From positions 7,132,001 through 7,196,000 of the forward strand of contig CM075988.1 in NCBI GenBank assembly GCA_038087875.1: a DNA stretch of 64,000 nt. The letters are read 5' to 3'. The position numbers and the translations under genes were made by a program. The stretch is from Malacoraja senta. Its lineage: Eukaryota. Below the pieces are notes generated by a model. That model searched no databases. It was not told the origin of the DNA and saw nothing but the letters and a program-made list of their open reading frames with translations. Positions within the stretch are counted from its first letter, which is position 1. The number at the start of each line of letters is the position of its first letter. Positions 24,027-36,396 of this stretch are shown in pieces.

Positions 24027-25669
24027 GTCAGGCAAAGAAATCTACTATTTTGTACATTTAAGCAAGAAATGTTTGATGTTGAATTGCATTGATATTTATT
24101 AATTAATGTAAATTAAATTTCATTGTAATATGGATTCTAAACTGGTTGAATACATTACTTAAACATATAAAAAATTAATGATCATAAATAACCAAAATCT
24201 TAGAACAAATTCAACAATATTATGTTCTACATCTATAATGCACATGGCAATTTAAGTTTGCACATTGATTCACTGAAACAACTGTGTTACACTCTAGTTC
24301 TTGAGTTAAGTTCATAAGTTATAGGAGCAGAATTAGGCCATTTGGCCCATTGAGTCAACTCCACCATTCAATCATGGTGATCTATCTTTCCCCCTCAACC
24401 CCATTCTCCTGCCTTTTCCCCTTAACCCCTGACACCCGCACTAATCTGTCAATCTCCACCTTAAAAATATCCACAGCCGTCTGTGACAATGAATTGCACA
24501 GATTCACCACCCCCCAAATCCTCCTCATCTCCTTCCTAAAGGTATGTCCTTTAACTGGAATAAAACTGTGAGAAATTAGCTTCCTTTTATATAGTTTTCC
24601 AAATCTCTGGACTTTCCACAGTGCTTGGCAGCCAATGGAGCTTGCATGTAGTGTCTACAGGACTAGTGTAGATAGGACATGCTGGTCAGTGTGAGCAAGT
24701 GGGGCTGAAGGGCCTGTTTTCATGCAGTATGGCACTATGACTCTATGTTCTCCCTGTGGCCTAGTGGGTTTCCTCCAGATATTCCAATGTTCTTCCACAT
24801 CCAAAGATGCCCAGTGCAGTATGCTACTCCGCAACTAAGTGCCCCGATGAATAGTATAATCTGGGATGTTGAGAGAAATGTGGAGAGAACAAAATGGGTT
24901 GGGGGTAGGATTATTATAAAAATGAATGCTCGATGGTTGGCATGGGCTTGGTGGGCTGAAGGGCCTGTTTCTATCCAGCCTCTTTCTCTGACTCTACAAA
25001 ATGTAACTACTTGTATAAAAGAGGAACTTGCAGCCTTGCCCTCCGTATGTCAGAATCTGAAGCTATGATTTTTTTTTGGTGGCATAGTGACATGGGCACA
25101 AGCTGGTGTGGGAGACAGCAATGTCCAGGCCTGCCCAATGACCATTAAGTATATTAAGGATGCATACATGGGAATGTATACAACTTGTTTAACAAGCCCT
25201 TCCAAAAGCATACCAGTTGAAATTCCTGCAACTGCTCCGCTGTATAGAGTTCTACAGTATTTTCTGTACCCTTTGCAAGTTGACAACATCTTTCCTGTAA
25301 AATGGTGCCCAGAACTGAACACAATATTCTAGATGCAGCCTCGCTAATGTCTTATATAACTGCAACATGATGTTCCAACTTGTATACTCAATACTTCTAG
25401 ACCCAATTATGATTCATAACAGGCTTCATTAGTAAGGCCAATGTGCCACAAGCCTTTTTGCCCACCCTATCTACCTGTGATGCCACCTTCAAGGAACTAT
25501 ATACCTGTACTCTAAATTGGGCAATGACAAGTTGTACTCATTGGGCATCATGCTTGTCAAGAATCATTGAATTTCGGATCAAATGCAACTGCTGAATATA
25601 AAGTTGATCAATGTTTTTTGGATCTGTTCACTAAATGCTTGTCTTTCTCTGTTCTGCCTCACTGTGTAG

Positions 25670-25747
25670 GGACACCTTGATTATGCTCATGGATCAAGAT
25701 GATGCTATTATATCCATTGACCCAACTATGCCATCTAACACACCAAG
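25670..25747 (+). CDS. PDE9A: PDE9A-like coding exon 3: DTLIMLMDQDDAIISIDPTMPSNTP(S)
   Basis: gtgtag|G...AG|gtatga, 78 nt; conserved SIDPTMP motif. Confidence 0.94.
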
Positions 25748-26122
25748 GTATGATTGTAGAAACAAATAACTGTAGATGCTGGTTAGTACACAAAAGGACA
25801 CAAAGTGCTGGAGTAAGTCAGGCAGCATGTCTGGAAAACATGGATAGTTGACGTTTCGGGTCAAGACCCTTTTTCATGGCAAGTAATACGTTGACGCAGG
25901 CGAGGGGGATTTTTTGGCAGATAGATGGTTGGAACAAAGGCCAGAGACAAGAATAATAGGTATGATTGCTTGGATATTCAATGTTAACCCAAACTGATAC
26001 TTCAGTAGTAAAACGAGTGCAGAGCAATTAATATTGGTGCATTAATGTTTGCTAGATTTGTAGGAAAATTAACTATTGAGCTAATCTGAAACCTTACTCG
26101 TATATAGCAGCTCAGTGGCAGC

Positions 26123-26426
26123 ACAGGGTGGCACAGTGATGCAGCGGTAGAGTTGCTGCCTTACAGCGCCAGAGAACCAGGTTCGATCTTGACTACAGAT
26201 GTGACTTGTATGGAGAATGTACCTTCTACCTGTGACCACGTGAGTTTTCACAGAGTACTTCAGTTTCCTCCCACAATCCAAAGTCGTACAGGTTTGTAGG
26301 TTAATTGGCTTTGGTACAATTGTATATCGTCCCTAGTGTGCAGGATAGAGCTAGTGTATGTGGTGATCGCTGTTCGGCACGGACTCTCTGGGACGAAGGG
26401 TCTGTTTCCACGCTGTATTTCTAAAG
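26123..26426 (+). mobile_element. HE1/V-SINE-like SINE
   Basis: A and B boxes, V-domain, tail CTGTATTTCTAAA. Confidence 0.8.
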
Positions 26427-28489
26427 TCCAAAATTTAACGTCTAAAGTAAAGTTCCATACGTTCAAAAACGTGGCATGACCTTCACTGGGTGAAAATATA
26501 AAGATTTGCCCATCTTTGTGCACATTATGTCTTTGCCGTATGTGATATCTTTAGTTGGAGCAGTTTCAAATACTTTACAAACACTGTAATCACACATGTG
26601 TTCTGAAAATGAAACCATTTCATCAAAAGTACTGTCCTTATCAGTACTTCCAAAGCAAACTAAACTTCCAAAGTGAACTAAAAAGCAAATTCTAGAAATA
26701 CTCACAGGATAGAAATGTAGAAAATAGGTGCAGGAGTAGGCCATTCGGCTCTTCGAGCCAGCACCGCCATTTAATATGATCGCGACTGATCATCCTAAAT
26801 CAGTACCCCGTTCCTGCTTTTTCCCCCATATCCCTTGATTCCTTTAGCCCTAAGAGCTAAATCTAACACTCTTGAAACCAGCATGTTCACAAATTCATGT
26901 TCCCGGAGCAGAATAAGGCCATTCGAACAATCATGTCCACTCCACCATTCAATCACGGCTGACCTGACTTTCCCCTCTCAAACCCGTTCTCCTGCCTTGG
27001 CCCCATATCCCCTGACACCCGTACTAATCAAGAAATCAACATCTGAGGAGGGAGAAATAGTTAATGATTCAAATCAACGATCAGAACGATGTTTAATTGT
27101 TTCCCCCATAAAAAAACAGCATCCACTGCTGCTTTCCAGCATGCACTGCTTTTTATTTCCAGCGTCCGTAGGTTTTACTCTCTGAGCAACTGTGCTTAAT
27201 CCTGCTCATCCAGGTGAGATGACCCAGGACAATAATCAATGTTACATTCAATTATGGAGCTGAATTACAGATGGCACCAAGTAGGAACTTTGTAATGATG
27301 AGAAATGATCTGCTTATCATCTTTGAGTACAGATACTAATGGAACAGAGAATAAGAAGCCACAGTAACAATTAGTAACAACTAAATCAATCTTGTAGATA
27401 TTAGAGTTAGGATAGAGAAGAACTTTTTTGTAGATTTTGAGAGTGTATTTAAAGGAGAGGCAATGACAGTTTAGGACCATGGGACTATGTTTCCAGTCTA
27501 GCTAGATATATGGTTCTTCACTGTGTATTTGAGAACAATAACTATAATCAATGTTTCAGGTCTTGTGAAAGATATACCACTGCAACATTTTGGCCAGTTT
27601 CAGTTTATCCTTCACTTCTGCCTAACAAAGTCAATACTTTGCCACCAATTCCAGAGCTAAATCTATATGAAATCTGGATCAGTACAAATGACATTAACAG
27701 ATATGTATTTCCCAGTCTATTACTTTAATTACTTAAAGTTCAATTTGTTTTTTTTCAAATATGATAAAAACTTTAAAAATTCATGTTTCCATATTCAACA
27801 GGTTTCTTAAATGCTCAGTCTTTTTGACTTTATTAAAGCTTCTAATAACTTTCTCACATAATATTCTATAATTCCTTCCCCCTTTCCCTCAGCTTTTCTT
27901 AAATTATTGCAGTTACAATTTAATATGACAAAATATGAAGGAATAATTCCTGCATCAGGAGCTTTGAAAGACAATAGGCAACACTTCTGGAATGTCTCAC
28001 TAAGTTCTTTTAAAACTTTGTATTTGTGCGGCATTACTGCCAATATTTTTTTTAAATATTGTTGGCTAATTTAGGTTAAGTATTCAGCAAAGTCCTTCTC
28101 TTATTCAATTGTTGGTCTCACAGGCAAGTCACAAACATTGTCCTTCTTTACCATGAAAAGTCTCTCAAAAACTTATTTGACACATCTGTGATTTTCCTTT
28201 AAAATAACCCAATCTGTATTCAGGAAGTCTCTATTGCCTTAAAAAAAGACCTGGGGTAAATCAGTGGGCCAGGTACTGGAGGACTTGAGTAGTTGACATC
28301 TTCAGACCCTCCTTGTGTCTCGATATTATCTTTAATTACATTCAAATATATATCTTTTTTTAAAGTCTATTCTCTTTATCTCGATAACTCTTACGTATTT
28401 CTTTAATTTACGGGGCGATAAATAATAAGTTGATTGTAGGTAAATCATAAAGACAGCAACGTACAAGAGACCACAGACTTTGGAGTTGT

Positions 28490-29120
28490 TTTAATCAATA
28501 AAATGAGAGATCTAGAGATTGGTATAGTTAGGGTAGACAGTCAGAACCTATTTCCTCAGGATGGAAATATCAAATACTAGAGGGTAGAGCTTTAAGATGC
28601 GAGGGGCAAAGTTTAAAGGAGGTGAGAGGCATGTTTCTACACAGAGGGTGGTGAGAACCTAGAACATGCTGATGGTGGAGACAAATATGATAATGGATTT
28701 TAAGAGACTTTTGGATAGACGCATGTGGTAGATTCGAGGACCAGATGTCATACCCTCAGAATTCAAGGACGTTCCTTTAGGAAGGAGATGAGGAGGAATT
28801 TCTATAGTCAGAGGGTGGTGAATCTGTGGAAGCCAAGTCAATTGATATTTTTAAGGCAAAGATAGATTCTTGATTAGTACGGGTGTCAGGGGTTATGGGA
28901 CGAAGGCAGGAGAATGGGGTTAGGTGGGAGAGGTAGATCAACCATGATTTAATGGCAAACTAGACTAGATAGGCTGAATGGTCTAATTCTGCTCCTATCA
29001 CTTATGAACTTATGGGGCTGTAGGGAATGAAGGGATGCTGATTATGTGCAGGCACTTAAGGATTGAACTTGGCATAATGTTCTGCACAGACATTGTGGGC
29101 TGAAGGGCCTGTTCCTGTGC
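28490..29120 (+). mobile_element. Composite CR1 3' fragments
   Basis: Two nested CR1 3' ends (CAGAGGGTGGTGAATCTGTGGAA; GGGCTGAAGGGCCTGTTCCTGTGCTGTA). Confidence 0.7.
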
Positions 29121-30224
29121 TGTACTGATCTATGTTCCATGAGGAATTTCTTCAACCTGGGTTATTAGATTTTAGCATCTCTTTTTATCTTTTCCTCTCC
29201 CCTGATGAACTGATGAGCTGAAGCATGGTCCTTGCGTGCCACCAGCTACCAGAAACATCTGCTTCTTCTCTGCACAGCAGCCTATTCAACCATGAGGGAG
29301 GATGCTGCAGGACACAGTTCTATCCTTGCCTGATATTTATGTTTGGCCTTGCTAGCAGGAAGCCCCTGGCAATACTTTACCATGGTGATTAGATCAGTGA
29401 ATAAATCAGTCCCAAATGGGGATGGAAATTCAGATTGGCACATTGCAAAGATTTATACATAAGCAGCCCAGCGTATGAACTATTAAACAGCGTTCCAACA
29501 TGAAGATTAGACAGAACAGAGCAGGGTCCAAAGTTGATCTGTTAAGGACAGGTGAGAGTATTCTCCCCTAGGAGGTCAGTGGTGTACTATTAAGTATTCA
29601 TGCCTTTTCTGATGATTCTTAACAGCTTGTTTACGAGATTTGCTTACTACAGTCAGCTGGTGAATTACAGCTGCACTGTTTGAAGGTGGTCTCCACTGCT
29701 GCCTTGCTTATCCCTCTGTATTCTGAGGAACAAAAGCATTGCTGGAATTGGCATTTAAAATTGGTCACTATTTCAACGTCTCGACCCAAAACGTCACCCA
29801 TTCCTTCCGTCCAGAGATACTGCCTGTCCCGCTGAGTTACTCCAGCATTTTGTGTCCATCTTTGTGTAGAGAGAGATGCATTGCTGACAACACTGTTGTG
29901 CCTGGACCCTGGCTGGAACCCCAGCAGTGAATCATCGCATGGTTTAACGTGGAGAAGTTGCCTATGAGAAGTTCCTTGTGTCTCCGTGACCTACTGTGCC
30001 TCTCCTCGCCCTCCTGTTGAACACGATGTCTCTCCTCAGAGCTTGTAACCATAGAGGGGATGGATCAGTGGCACAGCTTGTGATAGTTTGAAGACGGCTG
30101 CCTCATAACACCACCACCTCAGGTTCAAACTGCTGCTGCCAGTGTGGCGTTTGCATGTTCTTCCCGTGACCATGTGGATTTCTTCCAGGTGCTCTGATTT
30201 CCACCCATTCCAAAAACTTTAGGC

Positions 30225-30740
30225 TTTAGAGAGATACAGCGCGGAAACAGGTCCTTCGGCCCATCGAGACTCGCCAACCAGCGATCATCCCATACAGTAG
30301 CTCTATCCAGCACACTAGGAACAACTTTTTCCTAAGCCAATTAACCTAGAAACCTGTACGTCTTTGGAGTGTGGGAAGAAACCGGATCGCCCGGAGAAAA
30401 CCCACACGTTTAGAGGGAGAAGGTACAAACTCCACACAGATACGGAGTTTGGACGGTCTCCCCGTGACTGCATGGGTTTTCTCTGAAATCTTCGGTTTCC
30501 TCCAACACTCTAAAGACGTACAGGTTTGTAGGTTAATAGGCTTGGTGTATGTGTAAACCCTCCCCAGTGTGTGTAGGATAGTGTTAATGTGCGGGGATCG
30601 CTGACCGGTGCGGACTCGGTGGTCTGAAGGACCTGTTTCCGCGGTGTATCTCTAACTCAACAGCACCCGTAGTCTGGATCAAAGCGAGGTTTCTGCCGCT
30701 GCAAGGCAGCAACTCTACTGCTGCACCACCGTGCCGCCCC
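30225..30740. mobile_element. SINE-in-SINE fold-back: - strand SINE (30225-30440 and 30659-30740) interrupted by a + strand SINE (30441-30656)
   Basis: The two halves of the - copy join as ACTCC...CAGA|CAGCACCCGTAGTC across the insert. Confidence 0.75.
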
Positions 30741-31252
30741 GGATGTGTGGACTTATAAGTAATTGCCCCCCACATGGTCATATAGCTGACTGGTAAAATA
30801 TGGCGAGAGTTCATAGTAATACAAAGAAATAATGGAAATAATACAGAATTAATGCAAATGGATGGTTGATGGCCAGTACGGACTCATTGGACTGAAGGGT
30901 CTGTTTCTTTGCTATTTGTCTCTGAATGAGGTTGAGGCAGCAATTGCATTACATTCAACACATGGAGAATGAGGTTGTGAGGGAAAGATGGATCAGCCAT
31001 GGTTGAATGGCGAAGTAGACTTGATGGGCCAAATGGTCTAATTCTGCTGCTTATGAGATTATGAGCCAACGTCTTGGTGCAGAGTCGCTACATCACTCAC
31101 TGTGGCTCACCCGACACTAGTCCCAACAGACAGTCTCTCCATACCCAGCCATGGGATGATGCAATGTGGCAGGACTGCCAGCAGAGGGCAGGGACGTGCA
31201 CCAGATTCACAACAGAGCAACACACACAGACCCGATTGTTTAAGTGCAGAGT

Positions 31253-31469
31253 AGGGCCTGTCCCACTTTCACGACCTAATTCACGAATTCTGCCGAGTTT
31301 GCCCTTGACTCATACTCGCAGCATGGTCATCACGAGGTCGTAGGTAGGTCGCGATGCTAGTCGTAGGTACCCGTGGCATCAAGTAGGTCGGGGCGTTTTT
31401 CTAGCCTGATGAAAAATGTCCACGAGTACAAAAGGTCGTGAATTAGGTCGTGAAAGTGGGACAGGCCCT
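31253..31469. mobile_element. PIF/Harbinger-type MITE
   Basis: 34-bp perfect TIR AGGGCCTGTCCCACTTTCACGACCTAATTCACGA; right flank TAA, left TSD not preserved. Confidence 0.85.
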
Positions 31470-32509
31470 TAACACATATGTGTGAGCTATAGACAGGAGG
31501 GCCAAGAGCACAACGCTCTGCAGAGTAGTACTAGACTATGGGGGCTGTCTGCACAGAGTTTGTATGTTTCCCAAATTCCAAAGAAGCGCAGGTTTATAGG
31601 TTAATTGGCTTCTGCAAATTGCCCCTAGTGTGTGGGATAGAACTAGTGTACGGGTGGCCGCTGGTCAGCGTGCACTTGGTGGGCCAAAGGTCCTGTTTCC
31701 AGACTGTATCTCAACATTACACAATGTACACTCTGGGTATGAAACAACCTGTAGTCTTTTCCTTTAAAAACAACTGCAAACTCCTTCCTGCGCCTCCTGC
31801 TCCCTGCCATTAGATTATTTTAAATGGCTGTTTTTGGTGGCCATTGCAAATCCCTTTTGTCAGGCTTTTGGGATAATTACCTGCTTTGATGCACAAACGC
31901 ACCTGTCAGCAATATGAAATATTTAACATTTCCATTACAATTCCAAAGTCTTTACTTATAATAGTGCTTCTGTAAACTTAGCAACTGTATTTACCACTTC
32001 CTTCACTGTTGTGCCACTACAATTATTATGAATCTATAATGACAACATTTCAAATTTACATATACAACATGCAGCATAAATGTTTGCATTAAGAATTATA
32101 GGGGAAAGTTTCAAATAACTTACACTTAAAAATGGGAACTTGGGTCTGTTTGAATGCTTTCACAAAATCCTCGTGGCGTTGAATCTTTTGCAAGCTGTTC
32201 ATTCCAAGGCCAAGATCTTATAGACTCAAAATGCTGGAGTAAATCAGGCAGCATCTCAGGTAGTAACTCACATATCACTGTACCTCAATTGGTGCAGGTG
32301 ACAATAGATTCGAACTTGAACTTGAACTTGGAGAGAAGGAATGGGTGACGTTTCAGGTCGAGACCCTTCTTCAGACATGATCTATATGTTAATCCTGAAC
32401 AAGGATACTCAGTTGGCATTTATTCACTTAAATTATGTTACAGAGTGCAGTCAGCCTGATGCAAGTGTATTGGTGTCTCCAATTTAACTTTTTCTCTATT
32501 TCCTTCTAG

Positions 32510-32553
32510 CTCACCTTACAGAGTGGTTCCTCTCAGCACTGGACAGCTTGCAG
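32510..32553 (+). CDS. PDE9A: PDE9A-like coding exon 4: SPYRVVPLSTGQLA(E)
   Basis: Strong polypyrimidine tract, ttctag|C...G|gtattg, 44 nt; aligns to TPYKVRPVAIKQLS. Confidence 0.9.
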
Positions 32554-33080
32554 GTATTGACTCCTCACACAGAGAAGCAAGAAACTGCAGATGCCGTAAT
32601 CTGGAGCAAAAATAGGAGAGCTGCTGGAGAAACTCAGCGTGCCAAGCAGCAACTGTCGAGGGAAATGGATGGTCGATGTTTTTGGTTGGGACTCGTTATC
32701 TGGACTGAAAAAGCGAAGGGGAAATAGCCAGTGTAAAGAGGTGGGGAGAGGAGAGGGCTCTTTATACTGGCTATTTCCCCTCTGGTCTCAGTTTAGATGA
32801 AGGGTCCCAACCCAAAACATTTACTATCCATTTCTCTCCATAGTTGCTGCCTGATCCATTGAGTTCCTCCAACAGCTTGTCTTTTTTCCTACTAATTCTT
32901 CACGGACTGATAGCCACATCAATTGAAACATCTATTAAATAATGGAGCAACTGATGATAAAGTACAAAAAGATTTATGTGGTTTCACTAGATTGATTTCT
33001 GGATGAGCTTAATGTTCAGCGCGGGGAGATTAAAGAGAGAGAGTCAATATTCTCTGGTGTAGAAGTGTCGCATTAAATTG

Positions 33081-33990
33081 TAAGCATTTCTTAGAAGGTT
33101 TTGTAGAGGATCCCTATAAGTAGGAGCGGCCTTGCATCAGAAATATATTCTAATTGTATGTACACAGACATGTGAGACGTCAGGAGAATGCAGGGTCTTT
33201 TATTCTTATAACAGAATTTCAGGCCCAATTGGAACTTTATCAAGCTGAGATTTTTTTTACCTTAAAACTGTTGATCTACATTCTAGGATCTATTTATTTT
33301 GGTTTTCTGTGGCATCGATGAAATTAAAAACTGGAAAATATTCTCAATTGTAGGCTTGCATACAAGCTATGATAAAAGTGCGTTAATGCTTGTAAGATGA
33401 ATTGAAGCATTTAATGAGGCTGTTTCCTGGGTTGAGGGTCCACAGTTACTAGAATAGACCAGAGAGGTTGCAACTGTCCTCTTTAGAGAACATTGAGGAG
33501 AAGCTCGTTCTAAGTAAATAAAATTGGTGGTCTGAACAAAGTGCATAATGGGAAGATATTCCATTTGGTGGAAGGGTGAATGACTGTGTGCGTTAAATAT
33601 AAAATAAAGGGGAAGAGAATTAAGAACTAAATGAGGAAAAGTACATTTATGCATTTTGTATTTGGACTTTAACTTCGTACAAGCATTAACGCCTTTTATC
33701 ATAGCTTGTACGCAAGCCTACAATTGAGAATATTTTCCAGTTTTTAATTTCATCGATGCCACAGAAAACCAAAATAAATAGATCCTAGAATGTAGATCAA
33801 CAGTTTTAAGGTAAAAAAAATCTCAGCTTGATAAAGTTCCAATTGGGCCTGAAATTCTGTTATAAGAATAAAAGACCCTGCATTCTCCTGACGCCTCACA
33901 TGTCTGTGTACATACAATTAGAATATATTTCTGATGCAAGGCAGCCCCTACTTATAGGGATCCTCTGTAAAACCTTCTAGGAAATGGTTA
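33081..33990. repeat. Long inverted repeat: about 310-bp arms (33081-33394 and 33678-33990) with about 285-bp spacer
   Basis: Direct read-off: the second arm is the reverse complement of the first, with about 10 differences or fewer. Confidence 0.95.
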
Positions 33991-34219
33991 TTTGGACTTT
34001 GTAATGCATTGCCCTAAGATATAATGCACTGCCCAAAGAGGTTCCATTGTGGCCTTTGATACTTGATAAATATATGAAGAAGAAAAATTGCTACAGATAA
34101 AGGGGTGGAGGTTGGAACTAGTGAGTTGCTCTCGTAGAAAGCCAGCGTGGACGTGTTGTGCCAATGGCTTCATTCTGTGCAGTGACTGTTCTATGACAAG
34201 ATTTGTATACTGTAATGTA

Positions 34220-34453
34220 CAGGCACTCCCTGACTTATGTAATAGGCAACTAATGTAAACTCTCACTTATGTAAGCATTCTCTATGTTCACTGACACCCA
34301 CGTTGCCCCATATTGAAGCCCCCCCCCCCTGGTCCCCACAACAAATAGTGAATTTATGCATGCGCTGTAGCACTTCAGTTCCCAATTATGTAACATCCAA
34401 CATACTCAAGGGTCTGTGGGACTTAACCCTTAACATAAGTCGGGGGATGTCTG
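34220..34453. mobile_element. Tc1/mariner (Tigger/pogo-like) MITE
   Basis: TA-CAGGCACTCCCTGACTTATG ... CATAAGTCGGGGGATGTCTG-TA: imperfect TIRs with a TA duplication. Confidence 0.75.
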
Positions 34454-34731
34454 TATTTGAATGTTTCAGGGAACCTGATCGTTTATCCCGATTTGGTAGA
34501 TAATTGAACATTACTTGATATTGGCCTGGTGAAGTGTAGCTTTAGGAAGAGGAAACTCCAGGTTGTACTGTTACTGAACAAGGTCCCTGCTAACAAAAAC
34601 CTGATGCCAAATCAATTACCTATAATTGAATAGCTTTGTGAAGCAAACGGGGGCATCTTTAGAAAGTGGGTGTAGTTAATATGTTGAAGGTGACTCATGG
34701 TTGCTAACGTCCAGTTTCTTTCCATTCCCAG

Positions 34732-34786
34732 AAGAAGAAGACTTACTGCAGAATGTTCTGACCCAAGTGGCTGACCAGTTTTCAAG
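34732..34786 (+). CDS. PDE9A: PDE9A-like coding exon 5: EEDLLQNVLTQVADQFS(R)
   Basis: tcccag|AA...AG|gtaatc, 55 nt; aligns to REELIQSVLAQVAEQFSR. Confidence 0.93.
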
Positions 34787-35056
34787 GTAATCTGTAATTA
34801 GCACTTTAATTAACGCATTTTCTCATGCCAAGAATACTTATTTTACAGTGTGGATCCATTGGCACCAGTGGCCCAAGAGCTTTTACCAAAGTGATGATTC
34901 ATCTATAAGTTGGAAGAGCGAAATGCTAGAAACCAGTCAAACCACAATTAAACCTGTTCCTGTCTTTTAATGATGTTCAAGTCCATAATCAGCCTGGGTC
35001 AATAATGGGAATGGATGCATAATTTGTCTTTCCACACTTAGTTCAAGGGACACTGC

Positions 35057-35353
35057 AGTTTAGTTCAGAGATGCAGTGCGGAAGCAGGCCCTTCGGCTCA
35101 CCGAGTCCACACCGACCAGCGATCCCTGCACATTAACATTACCCTACACACACACACTAGGGACAATTTGCATGTATACCAAGCCAATTAACCTACAAAC
35201 CGGAATGTCTTTGGAGTGTGGGAGGAAACCAAAGATCTCAGAGAAAACCCATGTGGTCACGGGGGGGGGAACGTACAAACTCCGTACAGACAGCACCCGG
35301 GATCGCACCCGCTGCAAGTGCTGTAAGGCAGCAACCCGACCACTGCACCACCC
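35057..35353 (-). mobile_element. HE1/V-SINE-like SINE
   Basis: Same family body and tail. Confidence 0.8.
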
Positions 35354-35605
35354 TTAAGTTAAGCAGAATATTTTTATTGCAAATCTCTTATCTATCTCTG
35401 AACCGAATCTGCAAGGAGATCCACAACACTTCTTCCCTCCCTCTATGTTAGAGAACACAACCTCTTCCCTATTGCAAACCCTAATTAGCAAAGGAAGTTT
35501 ACATGACCTTCTGGAACACCAGTGATTTTTGTCCAGAAGGCGCATAAATACATGATTTGAATGCACAGAGTTTGCAATGCTGGTGATGGCTTTCATCTCT
35601 TACAG

Positions 35606-35676
35606 AATTTTCAAAGTCAATGACCTGAAAACTGAGATCTCAAGCAGGTTGGCGGCTTTGGAGAAGAGAGTTGAAC
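35606..35676 (+). CDS. PDE9A: PDE9A-like coding exon 6: IFKVNDLKTEISSRLAALEKRVE(L)
   Basis: ttacag|A...C|gtaagc, 71 nt; aligns to [24 protein letters not shown]. Confidence 0.95.
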
Positions 35677-35814
35677 GTAAGCTTTCACGTTATTTAATAT
35701 AAGATTCAATTTTAGTGCTAATGATGAATATTATGGTACAGGATAACTATTTACAGCAGGTAGATTAATGATACTCAAATTGTTGATTCTAGTCCACCTA
35801 GGGTGTTGAGGAAC

Positions 35815-35960
35815 CTCTCGTAGCATCTCGATGATGACATCCTTGGAAAGCCTAAGCTTGCAAATGCATTGTTCTTCGAGAAGGTCCAGTAGAATGTAAT
35901 GTCTGCAGGTTTTGAGAGCATCTTTATGGGCATGTTTATACTTCCTCGGCTGAGGTCCCT
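35815..35960 (-). pseudogene. Possible degraded Harbinger transposase (HARBI1-like) N-terminal fragment
   Basis: ORF 35731..36090 contains LLDLLEEQCICKLRLSKDVIIEML, resembling the recalled N-terminal pattern of Harbinger transposases (LDLSEEQCxRRLRxxKE). No DDE core seen. Confidence 0.4.
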
Positions 35961-36180
35961 GCCAACCAGTGTGGCCAGTCATTGCTGTAATAATGGCTTT
36001 GGTAGTTGTGAACCCATGGTGTGACCACTGCAGTTCCCATTGAATGAGTAATTCAGTAGGTAGAGTAGACTTTGGAAGGCAATTGAGCAACCTGCAGCGA
36101 GTTATGAAGATCCCTGTTCAGGTCTCCTTATGTAGCGGTGTTCCCTCAATTTAACAGAAAATGGAACAAAGTAATTTGGT

Positions 36181-36396
36181 GTGTTAGTAGTTGTGCCACA
36201 ATGTTTAGTGTTGGTAGGTGTCCCACGATGTTTAATTTTGTTAGCAGTATCACAGTGTCGAGTGTTGGTAGCTGTACCACTATGCTCAATGTTGGTAAGT
36301 TTACCACGATGTCTAGTGTTGGTAGCTGTATCACAATGTTTAGTGTGGGTCGATGTACCACTATGTTCAGTGTTAGTAGGTGTACCACAATGTTTA
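36181..36396. repeat. 27-bp minisatellite, 8 diverged copies
   Basis: Consensus GTGTTGGTAGNTGTACCACAATGTTTA; 8 x 27 = 216 bp with no indels. Confidence 0.92.

Noticed and set aside
32554..34731. Equivalent of the long human PDE9A alternative exon
   Set aside because: No candidate with suitable splice sites and homology; exons 4 and 5 join in frame without it.
36181..36396. CRISPR-like periodicity
   Set aside because: Contiguous tandem units without spacers, in eukaryotic DNA.
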